Shown piece by piece: positions 45,015 to 54,449 of a stretch of DNA of 64,000 nucleotides. Source of the DNA: an uncultured Clostridia bacterium (lineage in GTDB: Bacteria > Bacillota > Clostridia > Christensenellales > CAG-314). The notes beneath the pieces were generated by a model. The model searched no databases. It saw only the letters and a program-made list of their open reading frames with translations, and had not been told where the DNA came from. Every line of letters begins with the position of its first letter. Position 1 is the first letter of the stretch. The DNA lies in contig CANRHN010000001.1 in the NCBI GenBank assembly GCA_947630425.1, forward strand, positions 26,567 through 90,566. The letters run 5' to 3'. The position numbers and the translations under genes are program-made.

Positions 45015-46871
45015 ATGGCTATAAATTGGTCGTTTATTTCTAATCAGCACGGCGAGATTAAAGGTATAAATGATTCGGGTGTAGCTACCTTTAGAGGTAC
45101 ACCGTTAAAATCGTTGGCCAGAGAAATTTGCCAAAACTCTTTGGATGCTTTTGTGGACGATAATCCCGTTGTGGTAGTGTTCCACGCTTTTGATTTGCCA
45201 GTAATTAGCATCCCCGGCGCAGAAGAACTGAAAGATGCTTTTGAACGGTCAAGGGTTTATTGGAGCGGGCAAAAAACATCGCAAACACGTGATTTCTTTG
45301 ATGCCGCATTAAAGGAGTATGAGAAAGGCACTACTTCCGTTTTGCGCATTAGCGATTTTAATACAAAGGGATTACGCGGATCCCGTGAGCTGAAAGATAC
45401 GGACTGGACAAACCTTACGAAGTCGTCGGGCGTATCCGATAAGCATGGAGCGGCTGGGGGCTCGTATGGAATTGGCAAATATGCCACTTTTGCTTGCTCT
45501 AAATTTTCTACAGTTTTTTACAGCACCTACGATATAAATAATGAGCGGGCTTATCAGGGAATTTCTAGAATAGTAACTTTTACGAGAGCAGACGGAGAAG
45601 ATACTACCGGTTTGGGTTTTTACGGTGAAGAGCAAAACAAACCTGTATTCGACCAGTTAAATATCGATCCTAACTTTTCAAGAAAGTTGGAGCAATATGG
45701 CACGGATATTTACATTATGGCTTATGCGCAAGCACAGACAGATTGGAAGAGGGAAATCATCGTTTCAATTCTGGACAGTTTTCTTGTCGCTTTTTGGAAA
45801 AATAAGTTGAAGGTGTGGGTAGAAGACGTTGAAATTAGCAAGGATACCCTCGCTACGCTGATGGACGAATATAAGGGTAGCGTTGATGGATATGTCTGCA
45901 GTTATTATAAGGTCTTGACTTCTCCCGAAACGAAGTGGATTGAAGAAGAAAATTTCTACGGACTTGGCGGTATTAAATTTGGTGTTTTACTGATGGATGA
46001 TGATGCCAGCCGTCGTGTTGCCATGGTCAGACAGACAGGTATGAAAATTAAGGATCAAGGTGGCATTTCGGGCTATATTCCGTTTATGGGAGTAATGCTG
46101 ATAGAAGGTGATGAAATAAATACTCGGTTGAGGTTGATTGAGAACCCTCAACATACAGCGTGGGAGCCTCAAAGGTCGGCTAATGAACAGCAGGCGAGGG
46201 AATTGCTGTCAGCATTGAACGATTTTATGAAACAGTATGTGGGAGAATTAGCTTCGCAAGGTGACGCAATGGAGCTTGATGCGGTAGGCTTAGGCGATTT
46301 ACTACCTGATGACATTAATGCAGATGCCGACAAGTCTAAAGAGGAAAATGTGAGCAATGCAATCGAAGTAATCGAAAGTAAGGTGATTATACAAAAAGAA
46401 AGAAAAATAACGGCAAGTAAAGCCAGGACTAAAACGTTAGATGGCGCAGAAGAAAGAGATTGGGAACCAGACTGGTTACCAAACCCTGATTCTAATCCTA
46501 ATCCACCGCGCCCTCATCTGTCTAAGCCTGTGGAAATTGTTCCGGGGGATAAGACGAAGGTGCAACAGCCTAATGTTATAAGTATTGAAAAATTTGTTTT
46601 CTATTCGCCCAACCGGAAAGAGGGAAAATATACTCTCAGTATTGTTCCTGCCGAGAGTGGTGAAAACGGCACAATAGAGTTGCAAATAGCAGGAGAAGTT
46701 TATAGTTTTCCTGCAACTATCAAAAGTGCAACAAAATCAGGCTTAGCATTGATGGTCGAAGAGAATCGTATTAAGGGCATACAATTTGAAAAGGGTAAAC
46801 AATTGCGCATTTCGGTTGAATTGGCGTGCAAAGACTACTGTGCATTGGAGGTAAGTGCATATGCGGATTAG
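45015..46871 (+). CDS. GHKL (Bergerat-fold, MutL/MORC-like) ATPase, 618 aa
   Basis: N-box REICQNSLDA, G1-like ISDFNTKGLRG and G2 GGSYGIGKYA. The C-terminal 380 aa or so is uncharacterised. Confidence 0.75.
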   Translation: MAINWSFISNQHGEIKGINDSGVATFRGTPLKSLAREICQNSLDAFVDDNPVVVVFHAFDLPVISIPGAEELKDAFERSRVYWSGQKTSQTRDFFDAALKEYEKGTTSVLRISDFNTKGLRGSRELKDTDWTNLTKSSGVSDKHGAAGGSYGIGKYATFACSKFSTVFYSTYDINNERAYQGISRIVTFTRADGEDTTGLGFYGEEQNKPVFDQLNIDPNFSRKLEQYGTDIYIMAYAQAQTDWKREIIVSILDSFLVAFWKNKLKVWVEDVEISKDTLATLMDEYKGSVDGYVCSYYKVLTSPETKWIEEENFYGLGGIKFGVLLMDDDASRRVAMVRQTGMKIKDQGGISGYIPFMGVMLIEGDEINTRLRLIENPQHTAWEPQRSANEQQARELLSALNDFMKQYVGELASQGDAMELDAVGLGDLLPDDINADADKSKEENVSNAIEVIESKVIIQKERKITASKARTKTLDGAEERDWEPDWLPNPDSNPNPPRPHLSKPVEIVPGDKTKVQQPNVISIEKFVFYSPNRKEGKYTLSIVPAESGENGTIELQIAGEVYSFPATIKSATKSGLALMVEENRIKGIQFEKGKQLRISVELACKDYCALEVSAYAD

Positions 46872-47712
46872 GCAAAAGTTCTATCCTTATCCTGTGATGG
46901 AGAGGGGTAACCACTCGTATAAAGAATTCTCTTTTAATGTCGCAACGACAGTGAAGGTTGAAGGGTATAATGTTATTTTTGAATTCAATTCATTTATAGG
47001 AGATGAAAAAATAGCGAATCTTATAGCTACTGGTAAAGCTGTTTTTGCGTACCATATTCAATGCGCGCAGACGTGCTACAGAGCCTCGTTTGAAACGAAA
47101 GATAAAAGCTTCAAAAAGATTATCAAGGAAGATGACCTTAATGGTTTAGTGGAGGTTTGTCCGTTCATTATTGCAAAAGAAAATATCAGGGCTTTCTCAA
47201 GCGAAAGCTTTAGTGCCGACTATATGGGTATTCGCTTTGATGTTGACAAGGGAGGAATCCTTGCAATAGGTGACCAAAGTCAACATATTATCAACAAAGA
47301 CCTCAACGACTTAAATAACAAGTCTTCCATTTTTAAGGTCACAACAGCGCCCAATATTGAAAACATGCGAATTGATATTCGGGACTCCAAAATCTATGTG
47401 GTTTTACCCCAAGAGCAACACGGCATTTATAGAAGTATCAGCAAAAACCCTACTACGCAAAAAACCATGCACGCTATGATTTTTGTTCCAGCACTGATGC
47501 AAGTTCTAGTGGAGTTAAAAAATCGATTAGACGACCAGGGTGATTTTGCGGATTACGCTAGTAGCAGGTGGACGTTGTCATTAGAAAAGGTCGCAGAAAC
47601 ACGATTTAACAAATCTCTTGAAGAATTACTGAGAACGAAAGAGTCGCTTGAATTAGCTCAAATGTTACTTAAAAATCCCATGAATGAAGCATTTGAATTG
47701 TATAGGAGCTAA
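46855..47712 (+). CDS. Hypothetical 285-aa protein
   Basis: Overlaps the ATPase gene by 17 nt (alternative ATG at 46861). No recognised domain. Confidence 0.6.
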   Translation: MHMRIRQKFYPYPVMERGNHSYKEFSFNVATTVKVEGYNVIFEFNSFIGDEKIANLIATGKAVFAYHIQCAQTCYRASFETKDKSFKKIIKEDDLNGLVEVCPFIIAKENIRAFSSESFSADYMGIRFDVDKGGILAIGDQSQHIINKDLNDLNNKSSIFKVTTAPNIENMRIDIRDSKIYVVLPQEQHGIYRSISKNPTTQKTMHAMIFVPALMQVLVELKNRLDDQGDFADYASSRWTLSLEKVAETRFNKSLEELLRTKESLELAQMLLKNPMNEAFELYRS

Positions 47713-47717
47713 TAATT

Positions 47718-48425
47718 ATGAACGCAAAATTTATCAGGCAAGAGGATGTGGCTCAGCTATATGGAAATATTGGCGAATTATATAAGCAAGTGGTATGTGG
47801 TGGAAAATCCTTGGAAGAGTACTTAGGGAAAGATTGCGTGGTACAGGATGCGAATATCATTATCGAAGACTTCACACTCGATATGTCGGAAAGCAATGCT
47901 GTTTTAACCGATCTTGAGAATGTAAGACGGGTTTATAAAGCGATGTTGGGGTTGAGTAATTCGCAGGCATCCGATGAGCGTATATGGTTGGCATATTCGT
48001 TCGGCGTATTCAAAGACTATATGAACTACCGTTGGCCCGCAAAGGATGAGAGTACGATTAAGAATAGATGGCTCTTCGGTTATGCTGCCAAGCGTTCATT
48101 ATTTAGACATGGTATTGCGCGTCTTTGGTGGATAGGTAGGTGTACCTATGATAAAGGTAGGGCGGATCCATTTGAGTTAACGGCTTATGTAATAACGAAA
48201 CAGGATATAATAAATCAGTTGCTGGATATAGGTTTTAACGGAAACAAGGAGTTAGTGCTTGCCATAATTGAAGCCATTAGGGACGCCGAGAAAGAAGGCA
48301 AATCGGTGGGACGAGAGGAAATTCGTTCCGTGTCCAGATTTGTTAATTCACTTGGTGGTATGTATTTAATTGATTCGTGGGAGCACGATGAAATTTATCA
48401 GCGAGTTAAAGAAATCTTCGAATGA
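47718..48425 (+). CDS. Hypothetical 235-aa protein
   Basis: 5-nt gap from the previous gene. No domain I can name with confidence. Confidence 0.6.
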   Translation: MNAKFIRQEDVAQLYGNIGELYKQVVCGGKSLEEYLGKDCVVQDANIIIEDFTLDMSESNAVLTDLENVRRVYKAMLGLSNSQASDERIWLAYSFGVFKDYMNYRWPAKDESTIKNRWLFGYAAKRSLFRHGIARLWWIGRCTYDKGRADPFELTAYVITKQDIINQLLDIGFNGNKELVLAIIEAIRDAEKEGKSVGREEIRSVSRFVNSLGGMYLIDSWEHDEIYQRVKEIFE

Positions 48426-48437
48426 TGAGGTGAAAAT

Positions 48438-51400
48438 ATGATATGTCTAAGCTGTCGGCAACAAATACAGGACAATCTAACGGAGTGTCCGTTTTGTCAT
48501 GCGCAATATAATGCTGAAAAGCTTAGATTTATCAAATATATAGGAGATGGAAATAGCCTAGTGGGCTATCAAAAATCCTATAAAATTGTCCTGCTCAAGA
48601 ATATTCTCGAACTAGTGCGTTCAGGACAGCAATTATCCGTTGACAGCATCATGTATACGATAAAAGAATTTTATTTAACTCGTGTGCAACAGGGGCTTCC
48701 TGCGGACTATGAAGTCGATGATAGAATCAAAAACATTTCGGAAAAGACGTCAATATATGACATCTGGGCGGTATTTAAGGCGAACCCCTATAATGTTATT
48801 AACAATCAAGGTTTTTTGTTTCTTGAGAAGAATAGTCGGGGAGAGCTGATTTTTGTTTTGCCCGAGGACATAACGAGCACATTAACTGAAGTTGAGTGCA
48901 ATAATCTAATAATGCTTCTCGAAAAAAAGTTAACCCTGTACTATTCAAAAATGGATGGAATCATTGCGGACGGAGCTATAACTGAAAGCATATTCCAAAA
49001 ACAAGCGGATAATATTTGCGCTCAGCCACAGCAACCTAATCGACAGAATGAAAACCTTATTCCCATTGAGCATACACGGTTAAGCAAGCGAGCCAAGGGG
49101 TGCTTGCTTAGAAGTGGATATGTATATATACACGATATTCTTAATCTCACCGAAGGAGATTTATATCGAATTAGAAATATGGGATATAAGTCCGTAGAGG
49201 AGGTCAAGAACCTTATTTCGGACTATCACCACGGATTTAACGTGTTGTGTGATGATGCGCCCAATACTACTGCTATCAAACTTGAAGAATCGGATATGGA
49301 GTGTTTGCTTCAAGACACTTCATTAAGTGTTAGAGCAAAGAATGTGCTGATTCATGCGGGCTATAATAAAATCGGCGATATTTTAAATGTAACTGAGGAG
49401 GGATTAGCTTCTTACCGTAACTTGGGACAATTAACCATTCGGGAAATTTTGGGGTATGTAAAAAAATTTCGAATTGCGAACGGCTTCGATGACGAGCAAG
49501 AGGAGGGCAAGTACAGCATTTTACTACAACCGATAAAGTCCACAAGTTTAAGCAATCGAGCCAAAAATTCACTTTTACAAAGTGGCTATCGAGTCGTTGG
49601 CGATATTTTAGAATTAACCGAGTCCGAATTGTGGTCGTTGCCCAAAATCGGCAGCAACACCGTGGAAGAGATTTTTCTGTTTTCGGTCACGCTGAAGCAG
49701 AAATTAGCAGACGAAACGCCTGATGATGGTGGGCAAAACTATGGATTAATAAAATATCCGTATATAAATATAAATTCTGAGTGCGAACATATGTTGGTGT
49801 CCGTTTTGGTGTATTTCGGCATGCAACCCTCATTGGTTCGGAAATTGCTGGGTCAGGGCATAAGTCAAATTGGACAGTTGAAGTCAATGGACTACTTGCA
49901 GATCAAGACAACAATGGGTTCGGAATGGATTAAATTATTGCACTTCACTTTGGAGGAGTTCTCTAAAGGTGCTATCCATGCAACAAAAATGTTCTTAGAT
50001 AACATCAGTGAAGAAGAGGATCTAAGTTTCATTATTGAACGTAGCCGAGGTGCAACCCTTCAGGAGCTTGGAAACAAATACGGCGCAACGCGAGAGGGAA
50101 TAAGGCAAAAAGTTGAAAAACCACTTAAATTTATAAAACCAGTAGCAGTTTGCTTGGTTAAAGCAATCATGAAAGAAAGGCAAGTTAAATTTTTGACGCT
50201 ACAAGACATCTATGATATTTACGATAACGACGATTATGATGCCATTATTTCGTATGCACTAAGGGAGTCAGAGGATATTGAAACGATTGAGGCGTTAGAC
50301 CTGTTTTTCATTAAAGGCGAAGTTTCATACAATAATATCCTCAAAAGTGTTATTCAAGAATATGTGGGAGAAGGAATAAATTGGCAGCGCAATATCAATC
50401 AGCTAATTGATGTTTTACAAGAGAAAAACTTGTCTTTTATAGAAATAGACGATGCGTGGCGCTATATGCTAAGTATGGGGTATAAAGTGTACGGCGAATA
50501 TGTCGCTCCTCGTGTCGTGTCCTATGGTACACTCTTAGCAATCATCATAGAAGAAGAATTCTCCGAAGGAATATCATTTTCTGACGCGACGGCAGTTGAT
50601 AGGTTGCGGCAACGTGCATTTGAGCGATTTGGCAACTTAAATTTACCAAAGGAAAACAGAGCTTTAATTGCGCGTGTCACTGACTTGTTGGTGATTTGCG
50701 GCAGAGGGAAATGGATTGCGCCCAATAGGGTAGAAATAGAAATTTCCACCCTGGAAACAATTAAAGAGTATATCGACCAGTCGCCTAATAATATTATTTA
50801 TTATCAAGCGCTGTTCAACCAATTTGAAGGGCTACTCACAATGACGAGCAGTATTTCAAATTATCATTATCTGCATGGGGTTTTAAGGTACTATTATGGG
50901 GCAGAATACACGTTTGGTCGTGATAATCTACAAAAAGAGGCAGGCAATATATCTGGTAGTATAGCAAAGCGTATTTATGATTATATCGCTGAGAAGGGAC
51001 AAGCGGTCAGCCGAAAGGAGTTAAAGGGGTTTCTGAAAATTACTTCAGACGTGATGATTTCCAATACGATAAACTCCAATAAGGATTTGTTTCAATGGGA
51101 GTTTAACTATTATAACTGTTTGAGGAATATTAAAATAATGCCATCCGAAGAAGACTTGTTGCACGAAATAATAACAGAATTGTTTGCCAAGAACCAAAAT
51201 TATTGTAGTGCTAAAATGGTTTACGAGTATTGTAATCAATTAATGCCAGAGATGATTGAGCGCAACAACATAAAAAATCCCACCAATTTGTTCTATATAG
51301 TAGCAACTTTGATGAGTGACAAATACAAGTGCAGGTTTCCCCATATTTTGCCGCTCGACAGCAGAGTGTCGACTACAGAAGATATTGCACGGAAGTTTAT

Positions 51401-51983
51401 AAATAATGCTGAAGTGTTGAATTGGAACGAATTTTCTGCTTTTGTTGAGCATTTGGGCTGGGGGCAGAGTACGGCGAATATGATTTTTAATAGCATAGTA
51501 AATGCGGATTATTATAGGGTATCAAGAAGGGAGTATTTGCGAAAGGATAAACTTGTTTTAACAGGATCACAAATTCGTTTAATAAAAGAAGTGTTGGATT
51601 CGCATCTTTATGGGAAACCATTCCTTGGGTCTTGGGAAATAAACTACCATTTGTTACCTAACATTGGACATGAGTGGACGCCACATTTGTTGGATACGGT
51701 TGTGACATGGTTTGTTGACGAATATAGGATGATATTGCCTTGTTATGGAGCAAGTAAAGCTGAGAGAGGGTTAATAGTAGCGGCTAATAGCGCACTTAAA
51801 ACATATGACGGGGTCGTGGAAAGCGCGGTGCGGACGCATGGTCGCCAAAGCCTAACAGAAAATGAGTTATATACGTTATTAGTTCTTGCCGGGGTAATTA
51901 AGGGTGTACTTCCTAATGAACTAAGAGAGTCAAAATTATTTATATACAATGACGGCAAATATACATTAAAAGAGAGCGTCTAA
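48438..51983 (+). CDS. 1181-aa protein: zinc ribbon, helical module, three or four RpoA alpha-CTD-like HhH repeats, sigma-70 region-4-like HTH, and a large unknown C-terminal region
   Basis: Zinc ribbon CLSCRQ..CPFCH. Repeats LSKRAKGCLLRSGYVYIHDILNLTEGDLYRIRNMGYKSVEEV, LSVRAKNVLIHAGYNKIGDILNVTEEGLASYRNLGQLTIREI and LSNRAKNSLLQSGYRVVGDILELTESELWSLPKIGSNTVEEI. Region-4-like segment ATLQELGNKYGATREGIRQKVEKPLKFIK. Confidence 0.75.
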   Translation: MICLSCRQQIQDNLTECPFCHAQYNAEKLRFIKYIGDGNSLVGYQKSYKIVLLKNILELVRSGQQLSVDSIMYTIKEFYLTRVQQGLPADYEVDDRIKNISEKTSIYDIWAVFKANPYNVINNQGFLFLEKNSRGELIFVLPEDITSTLTEVECNNLIMLLEKKLTLYYSKMDGIIADGAITESIFQKQADNICAQPQQPNRQNENLIPIEHTRLSKRAKGCLLRSGYVYIHDILNLTEGDLYRIRNMGYKSVEEVKNLISDYHHGFNVLCDDAPNTTAIKLEESDMECLLQDTSLSVRAKNVLIHAGYNKIGDILNVTEEGLASYRNLGQLTIREILGYVKKFRIANGFDDEQEEGKYSILLQPIKSTSLSNRAKNSLLQSGYRVVGDILELTESELWSLPKIGSNTVEEIFLFSVTLKQKLADETPDDGGQNYGLIKYPYININSECEHMLVSVLVYFGMQPSLVRKLLGQGISQIGQLKSMDYLQIKTTMGSEWIKLLHFTLEEFSKGAIHATKMFLDNISEEEDLSFIIERSRGATLQELGNKYGATREGIRQKVEKPLKFIKPVAVCLVKAIMKERQVKFLTLQDIYDIYDNDDYDAIISYALRESEDIETIEALDLFFIKGEVSYNNILKSVIQEYVGEGINWQRNINQLIDVLQEKNLSFIEIDDAWRYMLSMGYKVYGEYVAPRVVSYGTLLAIIIEEEFSEGISFSDATAVDRLRQRAFERFGNLNLPKENRALIARVTDLLVICGRGKWIAPNRVEIEISTLETIKEYIDQSPNNIIYYQALFNQFEGLLTMTSSISNYHYLHGVLRYYYGAEYTFGRDNLQKEAGNISGSIAKRIYDYIAEKGQAVSRKELKGFLKITSDVMISNTINSNKDLFQWEFNYYNCLRNIKIMPSEEDLLHEIITELFAKNQNYCSAKMVYEYCNQLMPEMIERNNIKNPTNLFYIVATLMSDKYKCRFPHILPLDSRVSTTEDIARKFINNAEVLNWNEFSAFVEHLGWGQSTANMIFNSIVNADYYRVSRREYLRKDKLVLTGSQIRLIKEVLDSHLYGKPFLGSWEINYHLLPNIGHEWTPHLLDTVVTWFVDEYRMILPCYGASKAERGLIVAANSALKTYDGVVESAVRTHGRQSLTENELYTLLVLAGVIKGVLPNELRESKLFIYNDGKYTLKESV

Positions 51984-51997
51984 TACGCTCTCTTTTA
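51969..51997. terminator. Bidirectional terminator between convergent operons
   Basis: AGAGAGCG (51971-51978) pairs with CGCTCTCT (51986-51993), with an A-run and a T-run on either side. Confidence 0.7.
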
Positions 51998-52000
51998 ATG

Positions 52001-54094
52001 CTAGTCTTGATTTTCTCGCCCGTTTGAAAAATCCAAATAAAACAGCTCGTCATTGAGTTTGACAAATAAGATGTCAGTTCTATTATAGTTTTGCAGGTCG
52101 TTAGCGGTTATGGGTTGTCCGCTTTCAACACCCAATCTATCACGGAAATATCGACCCAATAGCGAGTTGTCGTCAGGACAAGTAATCGCTTTATCACCTT
52201 GTTGCTCAACCCGCATTTGCATACAATAGTCGTCGTCAGTAATAACGGTAAAGTATCGTCTGTTCAAAGGGAAAAATCCAGTTGAGGCAATCGACCGAGG
52301 AAGCGGAATGTATGCTTGATCATGATTTCTTCCGGGGCGTTGACCCCAATTTAGTCCAGAGGATTTGCCAACCTCGCCAGTTCTAGATACAAGACTAATT
52401 GTTTGAGTTAATAGCTTTTCGGGATGCAATTCACGAGTTTCGTAATCAAATTGGGGTTGATTTTTATAAATACGGATATAATTTTCCACCTCGTTATCGA
52501 TGTTAATAATCGAATTGCGTTCCACGCTCAGATAGTATTCGTTTGCATCTTCAGCAGAACACTCCATAAGTGTTTCGCCGCAGTCTTTACTAAATGCGCT
52601 TTGCATATAGTTCGCCGATCCACTAAACGCTTTGTATGGCTTGTCATGTTTTAACCAAATGTAGATTTTGGAGTGGATAGGGGGCATTTTGTAGTTATAC
52701 TGGCAGGATATATCCGAACAATCGGGTTTTTCAGAATACTTTTTTTGCAATTCCTTAAACCCCATATGAACGCCAAGACTCAATCCGTCAAAAGGACACA
52801 TGCCGAGTATCAATTTTATTTTTATGGGAATAGCACCAACTTCTTTTAATTTGTCGATATGATACGCCGCCATGCTGGGTGATGCATAAGCGGATACAAT
52901 CCGTAGCTCATCAGCACCATCCAATGCCGGTTGCAATAATACTCTGTTTTCCAAATCGGTATCAAACTGATACTTCATGTCAGAATCCTTGGCATAGAGG
53001 AATTCCAAAGCGTTGCATTCAATGGAGGGATAAGGAATGCCAGCGAAACATTTTAATATCGCTTCAAAAATGATTTTCGCCCCTTGACAAGGGACGGCCA
53101 TACCAATTTGCTTACGAACACTCTCCTTAGATCCGATAAATCGATAGCTGTCGGGGAATGTTTGTAGCCGCGCACGTTCTCTGTTCGTTAATGCACGGGG
53201 CTCTTCCCAGTGGTAAATATGTGTACCGCCGCCGCCACTACCTGTTACAGTATAAGAGGGTTTCGTGGGGTCAAGACGTTTATAAACTTGGCTTATTTTT
53301 GCCCCAGCAACATTCAGGCGAAGATGCTCGGGCAAATCGGCCGTGAAGGCATTTTCGCCCGGACGAATATGATTTAATCTTGCAATGACAGCTTCGGATT
53401 GTCTAGTGCGTTCATTATTAAAAGCATCTGGAGCAATCGGCGGAACCGTTAACGCCGTCTCGCAAGTGTTATCAATACCGCTATAGGGTCGAGGAGAAGG
53501 GACGCGAAATTCGATTTTTTGGTCGTTTCTTATGCCAACTATGATTATTCTATGTCTTGCCTGCGGAATGCCATAGTCTTCAAACTGATAAAGGTGCGGA
53601 TAAAGTGCATAACCGGCGTTTTGCATTTCATGTAATATTTTGGTCAGTGTTTTCCCCTCATTATCGTTTTTAAGTCCGCTTACGTTTTCAGCGATAAACC
53701 ATTTGGGCTGGAAACGGGTCAGCGCCTTGATGCCATAGGTATAAAGAGGGCCATATGTGCCATTTAATCCTTTTTTTTCTCCGACATCGCTGTAATCATT
53801 ACAAGGAAAACCAAAAGCCAGCGCATCAATTGGTGTAAGCTGTGATAAATCAAATTGTCGAACATCTTTATGATAAACACTTGGTGCCAATCTATCAATT
53901 TTCCCTTGATTATTTACAGGGGTATTGCAAATATTGTGCGAATAAGTGCAGCAAGTGTCAAAATCATAATCATTTGCCCAGGCGTGTACTATACTAAATT
54001 TTTCACCATTTTTATTTGTCTGTTGTTGCGCATGGAGGGCTCCCCAGGCAATTCCGCCAGGACCGCAAAATAATTCCCCTAATTTAAATTGCAT
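52001..54094 (-). CDS. Fusion protein: DNA (cytosine-5) methyltransferase plus PLD-family (NgoFVII/BfiI-like) restriction nuclease with a B3-like DNA-binding domain
   Basis: N-terminal half: FCGPGG (motif I), GFPCNDYS (IV), ENVSGL (VI), QARHRIIIVG (VIII), LTNRERARLQTFPDSYRF and GMAVP (IX-X). C-terminal half: HKD motif IHSKIYIW...D...GSANYM, then LNWGQRPGRNHDQAYIPLP. Confidence 0.75.
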   Translation of the reverse strand: MQFKLGELFCGPGGIAWGALHAQQQTNKNGEKFSIVHAWANDYDFDTCCTYSHNICNTPVNNQGKIDRLAPSVYHKDVRQFDLSQLTPIDALAFGFPCNDYSDVGEKKGLNGTYGPLYTYGIKALTRFQPKWFIAENVSGLKNDNEGKTLTKILHEMQNAGYALYPHLYQFEDYGIPQARHRIIIVGIRNDQKIEFRVPSPRPYSGIDNTCETALTVPPIAPDAFNNERTRQSEAVIARLNHIRPGENAFTADLPEHLRLNVAGAKISQVYKRLDPTKPSYTVTGSGGGGTHIYHWEEPRALTNRERARLQTFPDSYRFIGSKESVRKQIGMAVPCQGAKIIFEAILKCFAGIPYPSIECNALEFLYAKDSDMKYQFDTDLENRVLLQPALDGADELRIVSAYASPSMAAYHIDKLKEVGAIPIKIKLILGMCPFDGLSLGVHMGFKELQKKYSEKPDCSDISCQYNYKMPPIHSKIYIWLKHDKPYKAFSGSANYMQSAFSKDCGETLMECSAEDANEYYLSVERNSIINIDNEVENYIRIYKNQPQFDYETRELHPEKLLTQTISLVSRTGEVGKSSGLNWGQRPGRNHDQAYIPLPRSIASTGFFPLNRRYFTVITDDDYCMQMRVEQQGDKAITCPDDNSLLGRYFRDRLGVESGQPITANDLQNYNRTDILFVKLNDELFYLDFSNGRENQD

Positions 54095-54096
54095 CG

Positions 54097-54411
54097 TTAT
54101 TTGCCCTCCTTTAATTCATTTATAAAAAGCAAAACTTTTTTTAATTGGTCTTCATTTAAACCAACGCAACTGTCAATAAGAGGTTTATATAACAAGTAGG
54201 TTTCATCGCTTTCCAAGTAGGCGGCAAGTAGGTTGGTTTGTAATACCTTTGATAGCGAAAGTAACATTTTGATGGAGGGTTTCAGCAACCTATTGTGTTC
54301 TAATTTGCTGACATCGGTATGATTAATGTTGGCAAGTTTGGCCAACCCCCTAACCGATAAGCCCCTTTCTTCTCGGCGGGATTTAATGATGGCGCCCAAA
54401 TCACTATGCAT
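54097..54411 (-). CDS. XRE-type HTH, probable R-M controller (C) protein
   Basis: 104 aa with HTH LSVRGLAKLANINHTDVSKLEHN. It lies 2 nt upstream of the M-R fusion gene. Confidence 0.65.
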   Translation of the reverse strand: MHSDLGAIIKSRREERGLSVRGLAKLANINHTDVSKLEHNRLLKPSIKMLLSLSKVLQTNLLAAYLESDETYLLYKPLIDSCVGLNEDQLKKVLLFINELKEGK

Positions 54412-54417
54412 AAATAT

Positions 54418-54446
54418 ATAATAGCATAGATTAAAAGAAAAAGCAA
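54418..54446 (-). promoter_or_regulatory. Promoter predicted to give a leaderless C-gene transcript
   Basis: On the minus strand: TTGCTT (54446-54441), a 17-nt spacer, TATTAT (54423-54418), 6 nt, then ATG (54411). Confidence 0.5.
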
Positions 54447-54449
54447 CCG

